Part shown: piece by piece, positions 1 through 9,585 of the stretch
Position numbering within the stretch: position 1 is the first letter of the stretch
Layout of the letters: each line of letters starts with the position of its first letter
Assembly (NCBI GenBank): GCA_051599415.1
Contig: AP039689.1
Location: 992,001 to 1,056,000, forward strand
Source: Savitreella phatthalungensis
Lineage: Eukaryota
DNA length: 64,000 nucleotides
Reading direction: 5' to 3'
Notes under the pieces: generated by a model
Seen by the model: the letters and a program-made list of their open reading frames with translations, nothing else
Told to the model about the DNA's origin: nothing
The model's database searches: none
Translations under genes and position numbers: made by a program

Positions 1-2
1 TG

Positions 3-557
3 GAAACACTGCTTCGGCATCTGCGCGGTGCCCAGCAAGCTTTGGAAGGATCTGATGATCCTAGTGAAATGACTTTGCCGGCGGCAGCGGCAAGCACGGC
101 CTCGAAAGAATTCAGATCGGCCGCGAAAAGTGCTCTTGCGCGTCGAGTCGGCAACCGCTTTCCAGTCGATACTAGACCTGCAGATGCATTCTTCCCAGTC
201 TTGCCTGACAACGTATGTGTCGACGTCTTTGTGCGAGAATCCGCACTAGCGGTGGAGGTCGTCTTGCTCCAAGAACGCGGAAGCCGTGCTGAACCTGGAA
301 GTGCCGGATTGTTGGACAGGATGATGGCTTCTGCGCCTGTTGCCGCCCTTCCAAGAGGACCAAATCGCGAGGATCCACTCCTTGGTGAGTTTGTCAGGTA
401 TCGCGGCAAGGACGTTCGGATCTTGGACCGGGTCCGCGTCGTATCACAGGATCCAGCACTTGTCGCCTGCGGAGCTAAATTGACCTCACTTCTCCACGCC
501 GCCGAACAGATTCGCGATAAGCTGCAGAGCACGTCAACAGTTTCAAACGACAGATAG
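3..557 (+). CDS. 3' part of a hypothetical protein, truncated by the window start
   Basis: The frame is open from nt 3 to TAG at 555-557. The C-terminus (VRILDRVRVVSQDPALVACGAKLTSL) looks protein-like, and the ORF converges on the bxi1 stop. Family not recognised. Confidence 0.6.
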   Translation, partial: ETLLRHLRGAQQALEGSDDPSEMTLPAAAASTASKEFRSAAKSALARRVGNRFPVDTRPADAFFPVLPDNVCVDVFVRESALAVEVVLLQERGSRAEPGSAGLLDRMMASAPVAALPRGPNREDPLLGEFVRYRGKDVRILDRVRVVSQDPALVACGAKLTSLLHAAEQIRDKLQSTSTVSNDR

Positions 558-646
558 ATGGCAAGGAGCGATAGTGTTGACGATTGACATCATGAATAGC
601 ATTGTAACGACGGAAGAATGAAGGTATACGAGCGATAGCGAACTCA

Positions 647-1501
647 CTAGTTGTCTGAATTGGCCGAATTCAGCAGGCGTAGGATATTGAGGAAGAGGTT
701 GAGGAAGTCGAGGTAGAGCGAGACACTGGCTGCAATGTACTCGTCAACCGAGTAGTGGCGGCAGATTTGCTGGGTGTCATATAGAACGTATCCCGAGAAC
801 AAGAGCGTGCCGAGTCCGGAGTACACAAGCTCGAATGTCTTCCCGTGAGGGAAAAGGGCGCCGACGAAGCCGGTCACAATCAGCGCCCAGAGACCCATGT
901 AGAGGTAGCCGCCCAGACTGGTAAAGTCGTATTTTGTCTGCAAAGTGAAGAGCGTCAGAGCGACAAAGACGGCAGATGTGATGAGGAGAGCTTCGAGCAC
1001 TATTTGAGACTCATAGAACGAGACAGCGGTGCCGACGGTATAAGCCTCGAGCAAGGTGAAGCCGCCTAGCAGGTAGAAGTTGAGTGGATACCTCTGTCGG
1101 TAGTAGAAGAGCGCAAAGAGCGAAGCAAAGGTGGCGATCATAGCTGTGATCATGGCCCACGAGTTGCTCTGGACCCAGTAGCGCACAGAGTCATTGCCGT
1201 GCATGACCGCGCCGACGATGGAGGTGGCGATGATTTGTGCAGTCAAGATTGAGTACACCTTGCGCAAGAAGCCCATTCGGACATCGGCTTCACAGCTAGC
1301 CACGCTCGTCCCAAATTTGAAGTCATCGTCCGGGTTTACAGCGTTCGGGTCGACTGCGCCTGCGGATCTGGAAAACTCACGCTGTCCTGCGTCAAACGAG
1401 CCATATGAGGGGGCGTTGACGGGCGCATTGTTCTTATTCGGTGGACCAGGTGGTGCGCTGTATGTGGGTGGCTCCTGCGTTGGAACTGCGCTGTAAGACA
1501 T
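647..1501 (-). CDS. BXI1: Bax inhibitor-1/TMBIM (lifeguard-type) membrane protein
   Basis: VRMGFLRKVYSIL, about 7 hydrophobic helices, YVLYDTQ and C-terminal SLYLDFLNLFL. First ATG at 1501; N-terminal PPTY motif. Confidence 0.93.
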   Translation of the reverse strand: MSYSAVPTQEPPTYSAPPGPPNKNNAPVNAPSYGSFDAGQREFSRSAGAVDPNAVNPDDDFKFGTSVASCEADVRMGFLRKVYSILTAQIIATSIVGAVMHGNDSVRYWVQSNSWAMITAMIATFASLFALFYYRQRYPLNFYLLGGFTLLEAYTVGTAVSFYESQIVLEALLITSAVFVALTLFTLQTKYDFTSLGGYLYMGLWALIVTGFVGALFPHGKTFELVYSGLGTLLFSGYVLYDTQQICRHYSVDEYIAASVSLYLDFLNLFLNILRLLNSANSDN

Positions 1502-1517
1502 AGTGGCGACCTCTAGA

Positions 1518-1601
1518 CTGGATAGCAAGGGTAGTCAGCACTTAATAAAGAGTCTGTTTTTACACGCGTCACTTTTCAATCTGCCTAATTCTGGGACGTA
1601 C
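1518..1601 (-). other. Predicted 5'-UTR spliceosomal intron of bxi1 (84 nt)
   Basis: Minus strand: donor GTACGT at 1601, branch GCTGAC at 1539-1534, first YAG (CAG) ending at 1518, 16 nt before the ATG. Confidence 0.5.
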
Positions 1602-1808
1602 GAACATATGCAAATCTTCGAGATTGATCGATCGCTCGATTTGTACGCCAAGGAAAGCACGTGTTAGGGTGAGGCAAAATCATTTGTCTTCGCGAGCGCA
1701 GTGGTGCTCTGCTTCAAGGTCATGCAACGGACCACCGATGACGACGAAGAGTAGATGTATTGCGGTGTATCCTTCAGAACTAGAAGCAGTTGTTTCGAAG
1801 TATGTTGG

Positions 1809-2588
1809 CTAGGTGAGCCTTTTGAACTCGTCACTAGCTCTGATGTGCTCGTAGTACTTTTTGAGCCTACCATCTGCATCGAGGTTCAGAATTACCTCGA
1901 GCTTGCCCGGATTCGCACTCTCACACATGAACAGAATACCCACGAAGAGGAAGTCAGCATAGGTCTTCTCCTTGCCGAGCAGGTACTGATTGCCGTCTGC
2001 CTCTGACTGGCGCAGCTTGTGCAGAAGCGGGGTCAAGCCCTCGCGGATGTTTGCGAGGAATCCGGCTGCCTTGGAGCCGGCTTTTGGTTGAAGGTCGGCG
2101 TGATCTGAGCCGCAAATCTCGTCCAAATCTTCCACGCCAAACATCTGCTTCCGCGACCTGTAGAAGTATTCCTTGTCAGCCTGGTTGGAGAAGATCTTGT
2201 CTGGGATGTCCCTGAGAATCCACGGGAATAAGGCGCGTCCGACCTTTGTACGAAGATACTCAATGAGCTGATCCTGCGAGTCTGGTCCGTCCGGGAAGAC
2301 CTTCGGTGTTGGAAATTCCTTCTCAATGTATTTGGCAATGTCGACACTCTCTCGCATGTACTCGGGCTCCGAACCGTCCTCGCGATCGATCTTCAACACC
2401 GGCACAGTCACGAATTTGGAATCTTGCTGACCGTGTGGTCTTAAGGTCTTGTCGACCTCATGCATCCATAGAAAGTGGCTCTCGTATGGCACGCCTTTGT
2501 AGTTCATCGTTACTCTCGTTGGAACCAAATTCATGGACCATGCGGTCTTGCCATTGCCAGCGAGATCATAGTACGTATACTTGACCAT
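1809..2588 (-). CDS. Glutathione S-transferase-like protein (fungal GST_N_3/etherase-like class)
   Basis: YYDL..AWSMN..RVTMNYKGVPY, TVPVL (cis-Pro loop), ESVDIAKYIEKEFP and the C-terminal N-capping YLLGKEKTYADF. ATG at 2588. Confidence 0.85.
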   Translation of the reverse strand: MVKYTYYDLAGNGKTAWSMNLVPTRVTMNYKGVPYESHFLWMHEVDKTLRPHGQQDSKFVTVPVLKIDREDGSEPEYMRESVDIAKYIEKEFPTPKVFPDGPDSQDQLIEYLRTKVGRALFPWILRDIPDKIFSNQADKEYFYRSRKQMFGVEDLDEICGSDHADLQPKAGSKAAGFLANIREGLTPLLHKLRQSEADGNQYLLGKEKTYADFLFVGILFMCESANPGKLEVILNLDADGRLKKYYEHIRASDEFKRLT

Positions 2589-3008
2589 GACGACTCGACG
2601 ATTCTGATGATTGTGGACAAGTGAGCTGGAATTTTTGTAGATCTTATACTTCAGATGCGTAGTGACAGGCAATCTGTAGTAGTAGTGATTCTCAGCGTAC
2701 AGTTCGGTCTGTTATAGTCAGAGTAGAGCCGAAGAGATCGTCGCGATCGATGTCATTCTCCCCAGAATGGCCAAAGAATGACATGTCCTTACTACCACGA
2801 CCCAGTGCTGATCTCTGATTACGGCTCCTCGATTGATTGTGATCCTGGAAGGTTTTACATATAATAATAAATTAAGCAGAAGAATCTAATTTCCCCCACG
2901 TTTTTCAATTCCGTCGTCGGCATTGGCATTTAACCAGATTGCCGCCGCAGCCGGAACTGAATCTAAATCTTAAAGAAAAGAAGAGAAAAAAAGAAAAAAG
3001 AAAAAAAA

Positions 3009-3130
3009 TGCAACCTGAGGGATTCGAACCCTCGCGACTTGCGTCAGAAGGAATCTCTGGCATTCATATCAGAGAAAGGAATTGAAATGCGACCTTGAAT
3101 CTTCCGCCTTAACCACTCGGCCAAAATTGC
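3009..3130 (-). tRNA. tRNA-Leu(CAA) with a 41-nt intron (about 3053-3093)
   Basis: Reverse complement gives acceptor stem GCAATTT/AGGTTGC+A, A-box TGGCCGAGTGGTTAAGGC, anticodon CAA at 3097-3095, variable arm GAC-GCAA-GTC and T-arm GAGGG-TTCGAAT-CCCTC. An oligo-T Pol III terminator follows. Confidence 0.93.
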
Positions 3131-3372
3131 AGGATAAACGAAGGCGGAAAAATTACAATACACAACCCCTCAGCAATTACTACGACCTCTTGCATCACAC
3201 CTAGATACTCATCTACGAGAATCGCCACTCTCATAGACCTTGTCCTACAGATACCTGCTGTCTCGTCACTCTCTCACTCAGTCAAACGCTACCACTCATA
3301 TGCAGCATGTCCTCCATGCTAATTGTTTTCATCGTCATACATCATCTATATTCATAATACATGCTTTGTAAT

Positions 3373-5667
3373 CTACCAGGTCTCATACCTGTGGTGAGCA
3401 CGCTCAATCAGGTTCCTCCGAGTCACAATACCACTTGGAATACCTCGCTCTCCGATGAACACGTACTGCACGCCAGTCTGCTGGAACAGACTAGCGACTA
3501 ATCGTATCGAAGCCGCAGTCGTCAGTATGAGTGGCGTAGCATCAACCAGATGACTTAGATCGAGACGTTGTCCTTCCGAAGCGAGTGATCCAGAAGATCC
3601 TGAGGTATCTGTCCGCTTCGTCCGCACGAGCTCTACTTTCGTCCATCCAGGCGAGTCAGCGGTGGTGAGAGCCGCAGATAATGCGTGTCGAAGCCTGTTT
3701 CGCTGCACATATCCAATCAGAGCTCCAGTGTCAATATGGAGCACCGGGAATCCCTCGGACTCTGCGATCGTCATGGACAGGACAGATTCTATCGAATCAT
3801 TCGTGTTCCCATCGGAGACTCGCAGGCAACATATCTCTTCTATCGGCGTCATGATGTCGACAACAGAGAGCCCGTGGTAATCCTCCGCACCAGCCTCTTT
3901 GTCGAGATAACTAAAACCTCTGATCTGGATCCACAGTTCATACACGCCCTGCTTGCCGACCAGGAAGTCGGCGACCCATTTGGCGACGACGACTGACACC
4001 ATGATCGGCAACACATATGTCAGTGCGCCTGTCAGTTCAAACATGATGACAACCAGCGACACCGTCATACGCGTAACGCCTGCCAGGGCTGCAGCAGCAC
4101 CGATGACGGCATAGACGCCGGGCGTAACGCATTCAAGTACGCCGACAGCATCGGATCCGCTCGCCACGTTACTGCACGAGGCGAATATCCATGCATCATG
4201 AAAGGACCTGTGCCACTGCTGCATGAGCATACCGACCACGCGCCCAAGCGCTGCACCTACGATCATCGTCGGCAGCATGATCCCGGCCGGTATCCGGGCG
4301 CCGAAGGTGACGGCAGAAAGAACGGTGCCAAGGACTGACGCAGACAAGAGCAGCAGAACTGAAGGGAGCAATCTGCCTTCACTGCAAAGATCCAACCAGT
4401 TACCCTGCGAACATTCTTGCAGGAGATCTGTCAGCACTCTCGCTGCCTGCATTCGCGAGAAGACGTTGGGGAAGCTGATGAGCGCGGTCAAGAGTGCCAG
4501 CACTGCGACCTCCAAGGTCGGATGATCCTTCAACCTCGTCGACAAGCGGAATTGGGCGACGGCTTTATTCAGTCTGTAGAAGATTGCGCCATACAGGCCA
4601 CCAACGACCCCCAGTATCAGAAAAGGCACGAGCTCGAAGTCTCGCCAGTCTCGGTCTATAGCGACCTCGTAGCGGACCAGCTTTCCGGTTCTGAATGGGT
4701 TCATCAGTTGCAACGAGACGGATGCAACCATGGCGCAGACAAAAGATTGCCACATGATCCGGTCCGGAAAAAAGTATGATATCTGCTCGAGCGCAAAAAG
4801 CACTCCTCCGATGGGCGCGCCAAACGCAACTGCCATACCTGCAGCGGAGGCTGCAGTGAAGATATCGCGCTTGCGCAGCTCACTCATCAATGCAGTACCG
4901 GGCAGCAATTTTATGCAGATGCTGCCTAGGCAGACAGCAATGTGAACGAGCGGTCCTTCCTTTCCTAGCCACAAGCCAGACGATACAGCCAGGCAAAGTC
5001 CCACTGTCTTGATCATCAGTGTCCACTTGCCAGCGAAATGCCTAATGACGATCCCGGATAGCATAGCTTTTACCTCTGGAATTCCGGAGTGTGAGGCGTA
5101 CGGAGCGTAGTTCGTAACCAGGAACGCCGCGGTCGACGCAAAGCCAGTTGCGAGGACAACATAAGCAATGTAGTTGACCATGTAACCACCGCCTGCAGAT
5201 GACAAGGACAGCATATCATTCCAGCCTAGCCATTCTGAGCATGGGACATCCTCCGCGAGACCAAGACAGCAGAATTGTCTGCTTGAATAGAAGGAAGTCT
5301 TACAGATGCCCTCCTTCAGATCTCCTAGCCACATGTTGACGACGTCGATCGAAGCAGCAAGCACGCCCGTAAGAGCGCCCGTCAACCCCAACACAACCCA
5401 GATCTGAGCACGATTCCACAGTCGCCGGAGATCAGAGCCCGACGTGCCATCCTGTTCTATTGCGAGACGTCTCCTGCGCTCGCGCTGCGCTTCTCCAAGC
5501 CAATCGATGGATGCATAGTCGTCATACAGGATATGTCCCGCAGGGACATCATGTGTCGCTGGCGTATGGTTGTGGAGAATTCTTGTTGCATCACCACTCA
5601 GAGGATCGAGCTCATCGAGCTCGTCGAGTGCGAACGTGTCACGTTCGTGTGGATCTGCCAAGCTCAT
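3373..5667 (-). CDS. CLC-family chloride channel/transporter with CBS domains (Gef1/ClC-3-like clade)
   Basis: SGIPE, GKEGP, FGAPIGGVLF, GVTRMTVSLVVIMFELTG and a C-terminal CBS pair. Confidence 0.95.
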   Translation of the reverse strand: MSLADPHERDTFALDELDELDPLSGDATRILHNHTPATHDVPAGHILYDDYASIDWLGEAQRERRRRLAIEQDGTSGSDLRRLWNRAQIWVVLGLTGALTGVLAASIDVVNMWLGDLKEGICKTSFYSSRQFCCLGLAEDVPCSEWLGWNDMLSLSSAGGGYMVNYIAYVVLATGFASTAAFLVTNYAPYASHSGIPEVKAMLSGIVIRHFAGKWTLMIKTVGLCLAVSSGLWLGKEGPLVHIAVCLGSICIKLLPGTALMSELRKRDIFTAASAAGMAVAFGAPIGGVLFALEQISYFFPDRIMWQSFVCAMVASVSLQLMNPFRTGKLVRYEVAIDRDWRDFELVPFLILGVVGGLYGAIFYRLNKAVAQFRLSTRLKDHPTLEVAVLALLTALISFPNVFSRMQAARVLTDLLQECSQGNWLDLCSEGRLLPSVLLLLSASVLGTVLSAVTFGARIPAGIMLPTMIVGAALGRVVGMLMQQWHRSFHDAWIFASCSNVASGSDAVGVLECVTPGVYAVIGAAAALAGVTRMTVSLVVIMFELTGALTYVLPIMVSVVVAKWVADFLVGKQGVYELWIQIRGFSYLDKEAGAEDYHGLSVVDIMTPIEEICCLRVSDGNTNDSIESVLSMTIAESEGFPVLHIDTGALIGYVQRNRLRHALSAALTTADSPGWTKVELVRTKRTDTSGSSGSLASEGQRLDLSHLVDATPLILTTAASIRLVASLFQQTGVQYVFIGERGIPSGIVTRRNLIERAHHRYETW

Positions 5668-5903
5668 GACATGTTTCTTGAATGGTGCTCAGTCGAGCTC
5701 TTAGCCGTGTGCAGGACTTCCGTCGAGTGTACCGTTGCCCGGAAATAACCCGCGGCTAGGCAACGGACTCTGTACAAGTTCGAAAGCTGATCAATTCTTG
5801 CGCGGATTTCAATCTTCAAGAGAGAAAAAAAGAGTGACTTTGTGGACGAGCATGATGTATCATTGACAAATCGGACAGCAAGTTCACAAGGGGGCGCTAC
5901 ATT

Positions 5904-6395
5904 ATGTGGAGAACTAGTCTATCTCTGTTCAGGTCACGTAGTAGATGCTTGGCAGCTTCGCGGTCCTGCTCGCTGATTCGTCAGACGCGGCCGTTGCCGC
6001 TGGTGAGAGCGTCCTTTACTACGGGGTCTCGAGCGAGAGATAGAGAGCAGGCTGGGCCACGACTCGTCGACAGCGAAGGAGCACCGGTTCGCGTGAAGCC
6101 GAAGTACCAAATCACATTCACATGCAAGGCGTGTGACGAGCGGTCGACACACGAGATGACAAAACAAGCGTATCACCGCGGCACCGTTTTGATCCAGTGT
6201 CCCAAGTGCAAGAACCGCCACTTGATCGCTGACAATTTGCGCATCTTCGGCGACAAGGATGTCAATGTGGAGGATCTGTTGCGAGAAAAGGGTGAGCTGG
6301 TCAGACGCGGTTCGCTATCCACAGACGGCGACATTGAACTATATGCTGAGAGTGAATCAGACGATCCACCATTATCTCTGCCGAAGAACATCTGA
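5904..6395 (+). CDS. ZIM17: Mitochondrial Hsp70 escort protein, DNL zinc finger (Zim17/Tim15)
   Basis: [30 protein letters not shown] and an Arg-rich presequence. Confidence 0.95.
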   Translation: MWRTSLSLFRSRSRCLAASRSCSLIRQTRPLPLVRASFTTGSRARDREQAGPRLVDSEGAPVRVKPKYQITFTCKACDERSTHEMTKQAYHRGTVLIQCPKCKNRHLIADNLRIFGDKDVNVEDLLREKGELVRRGSLSTDGDIELYAESESDDPPLSLPKNI

Positions 6396-6526
6396 CGTGC
6401 ACTGGCACATCTATAACACTGTAAAACCATTGTAGCATCACCACACACATCCCATCTCTTTGCATCGCATTGCATCGCATATATCTACATAGCTGTCGCT
6501 CGCTTTTCATGATCATTGTTCGTTGC

Positions 6527-8947
6527 CTATCGCGAGAGGCGGTGGTGGCGAGGCGTGCTGACTGTCTTTGCTAGAGTTCGAATCCGCGCCACGATGGCTT
6601 CTGCATCATGTCTTGAGTGTGCTTCGAAGTCATATCGCTTCGTTTGCCCCTGCTTGTTGATGAAGAATTTGAAGTTGACTGGCACTTTGGTCGACTGCTT
6701 ACACGTGATGATCTGAGAGGCATGTATCAAGGACGTCTTGCCGGTAGCGGCATCAAACAATTGCATGCCCGTGCGTCCGCCACCACCTGTTCCAGCGCCG
6801 TCTGCCGCCGGAGAGATCTGGATGTGTTCACCGTCGATGGCCAGTGTACGTTCATGACGGCCGGCCATGAAGCCAAAGTTGACCGTTTGCTGTCTTCGTC
6901 TTACTTGCCAGGCTTGGTACATGCCTGATGTAAGAATTACATCGTCCATGGCAACCTCGTGGCGAAGAGAGGACTCACCAATTCGTCCTCCACCACCGCC
7001 ATGGTGCTTGTTGCTGAACGTATTTGGTGCCGTGACGATAGGAGCGTTTGGAGTGAGCGACCTCGGAGAGGCAAATTCCGCAAGCACGTCTGTCGCTTTC
7101 TTCCGCACCAGGACCAACTCGTTCCGTCCTTGGAGTGATTCTACTGTCCGATCAGAAGGCGCAATCACGTTCGTGCCGACGATTCGCAGGGTATACATCA
7201 CCTTGTCGAGGTTTCGTCGCTTACATACCTGATCGAGAACCTCTCCAATATACGTCTCTGTCGTGACGTCGAGTATCGTCGACTGATTATGCAGGACAGT
7301 CGGCTCAGAGGGCTCAGGTCTAAGTCTCACCTTGACTAGCACCGGTGAGCCGGGAGCTTTAGCTGTGGGCTTCACATTGTGCGTCAAGCCAGTGGCTGCA
7401 CGTTTGTGAGGTTCCTGAGGCTGAGAAACGTTCGACGGTACGAGGGCGAGGACGTCCGCTCTGTCCTGCAGATCCTCCCGCGAATTCTCTTTTGTCATGG
7501 CGGGTGTGGCTGGCTTGGTTGTTCCTTCGCTTTCGTACTTGATCGGACTCGGCGTCAGGACTTCGTTTTCGGCGATTTGCGCATCCGTGGCTTCCACCAG
7601 AGCGAACTCGTCAAAGCTGAACTTGGAAATCGGTCGAGTGCGTTCGAGCGCTGGGAAATCCTCGTCAAGCTCGCCGTCCTCCTCCACAATCCGCAAAGTC
7701 CAGCGGTTCGGATCTTTCATCTGTTGCGACAAATCTGGCTTGCGTTGGGCTTTGTCATAGCACAAGAGGGCGAAGCCTATAGTTTCCATGACAGTGGCGA
7801 CATTGCGAATCGTCACGCTGAAAGCCTGGCGCGGCTTGTCGGCTGAAGGTCGGTAAACTTTGAGACGAAGGGGTTTGGCTTCCCCGCGCCCATCAAAGCT
7901 GCCGAACGCTTGCTCCAAAGGGTCCATTTTCGTGCTCTTGCTCGACTGAATCATCGAAGTTAGTGCAGACGAACAAGCTGTGACGTCAACAAGAGCCTTC
8001 GCAAAGGATGGTGTACCGTTGAGCGGCTGTGGAGGGTGTGCTAGTCTCCTGGAAAGATTCGTCAGCTCTGTCTCGGTATCGCCTCCGTCAGAATCTGTGA
8101 GGCTGGCGGCTAAAATCAAACTTTGAATAGCATCAGTATCCAAAAAGTTTTCGTCGACAGTACCAACGACGGTCTCCTGGGGCTCGCCTCGGAGGCCGAG
8201 ATCTTCGAGATGTGTACCTCGTGCGCCAAGCTCCGAACCGGATAGAGGCTCTTTCTCTACCACGCCATCACTGTCGTCGTCTTCATCTTGCGGGTTCTGA
8301 GGTGGCAAAACGAGCAAGCTGTCTCGTTGCAACATCGATGGGTCGCTGATACCTCTGCGGCGGAGGCTGATGACACTGATCTGTTGCGAGCCGTCGTCAT
8401 CATGTTTCAGGCGCCTGTGTAGATCCATCATGAGCAAGTGCTTCTTACGCGGGGTATATTTGAAGGACGATGGCGCGATAGTGTCTTCGCCATCACTCGA
8501 CGCCGCCCTGTCGTTGTGACCAAGCGGAGCGGGTAGTGGCAGTCCAAAGTCATCCGAACTCATGCGCCTATGCCTCCTGTCACGCACATTTTGGCGTAGA
8601 GTACCTTCAGTGAACGTTCGTAAAAGTGGATCCAGACCCGTCTGATTACTGATCTGACCTTTGTTTGTGTTGGCATCGATCGAACGAGATGCGGGTGAGC
8701 CCGAGGATGTGCCAGCTGTATGCCGAAGTCCACGACCGAGGGGATAGTCCTGAGGCTCATTGATGGGAATGTCTGGGGACTCGCAGCGGTCTATCAGCTC
8801 TTCATATCCAAGTGTAGCCTCTTGGATCGCTGTGTTGCTGAAATCGGTCTCACTGAAATCAAACACTCGCTCGCCAAGCGCTTCGGGCATCCGCGACAGC
8901 ACTGCCAGCCGAAGCTCATGAATGATGAGATCGCGATCTTGCAGCAT
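6527..8947 (-). CDS. SIN1: TORC2 subunit Sin1/Avo1
   Basis: N-terminal MLQDRDLIIHELRL, CRIM domain (WTLRIVEEDGELDEDFPALERTRPISKFSFDEFAL), RBD and C-terminal PH (HERTLAIDGEHI..KRYDFEA). Confidence 0.93.
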   Translation of the reverse strand: MLQDRDLIIHELRLAVLSRMPEALGERVFDFSETDFSNTAIQEATLGYEELIDRCESPDIPINEPQDYPLGRGLRHTAGTSSGSPASRSIDANTNKGQISNQTGLDPLLRTFTEGTLRQNVRDRRHRRMSSDDFGLPLPAPLGHNDRAASSDGEDTIAPSSFKYTPRKKHLLMMDLHRRLKHDDDGSQQISVISLRRRGISDPSMLQRDSLLVLPPQNPQDEDDDSDGVVEKEPLSGSELGARGTHLEDLGLRGEPQETVVGTVDENFLDTDAIQSLILAASLTDSDGGDTETELTNLSRRLAHPPQPLNGTPSFAKALVDVTACSSALTSMIQSSKSTKMDPLEQAFGSFDGRGEAKPLRLKVYRPSADKPRQAFSVTIRNVATVMETIGFALLCYDKAQRKPDLSQQMKDPNRWTLRIVEEDGELDEDFPALERTRPISKFSFDEFALVEATDAQIAENEVLTPSPIKYESEGTTKPATPAMTKENSREDLQDRADVLALVPSNVSQPQEPHKRAATGLTHNVKPTAKAPGSPVLVKVRLRPEPSEPTVLHNQSTILDVTTETYIGEVLDQVCKRRNLDKVMYTLRIVGTNVIAPSDRTVESLQGRNELVLVRKKATDVLAEFASPRSLTPNAPIVTAPNTFSNKHHGGGGGRIGESSLRHEVAMDDVILTSGMYQAWQVRRRQQTVNFGFMAGRHERTLAIDGEHIQISPAADGAGTGGGGRTGMQLFDAATGKTSLIHASQIITCKQSTKVPVNFKFFINKQGQTKRYDFEAHSRHDAEAIVARIRTLAKTVSTPRHHRLSR

Positions 8948-9370
8948 AGCGTGCTCCCGATTTTCTCTACCGGATCGTGTAAAAAAAGGTCTGAGGCACT
9001 ATCGCCAACAAAACTTGAGCTCTTAGCTTGACGTCATGCCTATGTGAACTGGTTATGACAATCGACCTCGGTGCACATGGGTCTCTGCAACTGGCTTATG
9101 CCAAGAGGGCGATTCGCGTGAACATGAATTGAGAGGAACCCGGGAGCTCAACAGACCGTATGAAGGAAAAGTAATAGCGCCAGTCTTATGCGTTCCCCTT
9201 CGTTGCTGAGATCCTTTGAGCAGCCGCAGTCAACAGAGTGTGTATCTGTGGAGCTGCTGTACAAAGATATATGATCGATCGATCTTCTGATATATACTCC
9301 ACAGCTATAGAATTGATCGAGATCAACAGGTCAATGATCAGATTTGAAAACCGCGCACAAATGCAGCTGG

Positions 9371-9479
9371 GTACGTAGTCTACTCACAGAAGCACACCGA
9401 GACCCGCTAACAACATGAGGCAACAATACACACACTGCACATCCACACAATCAAGGCTCACTAACGCATGGACACATAG
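9371..9479 (+). other. Predicted spliceosomal intron upstream of the tdp1 ATG (109 nt)
   Basis: Donor GTACGT at 9371, CA-rich body, branch ACTAAC at 9460 (second GCTAAC at 9406), acceptor TAG at 9477-9479. Confidence 0.55.
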
Positions 9480-9585
9480 TAATGACCACTTCAGTATCTA
9501 AGCAAGACTGGAATGCATAGGTGACTCATGCCAATTGACTCCGCTCTTCTACAAGGGTTTGTGACAGGCGAGTGAGAATGCTTAG

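Noticed and set aside
1663..1674. GTTAGGGT, a telomere-repeat or telomerase-template-like sequence
   Set aside because: A single copy in a 300-nt intergenic gap, which is expected by chance.
2709..2792. Possible GST leader intron (GTAAGG..CTGAC..CAG, minus strand)
   Set aside because: Suboptimal donor and no independent support.
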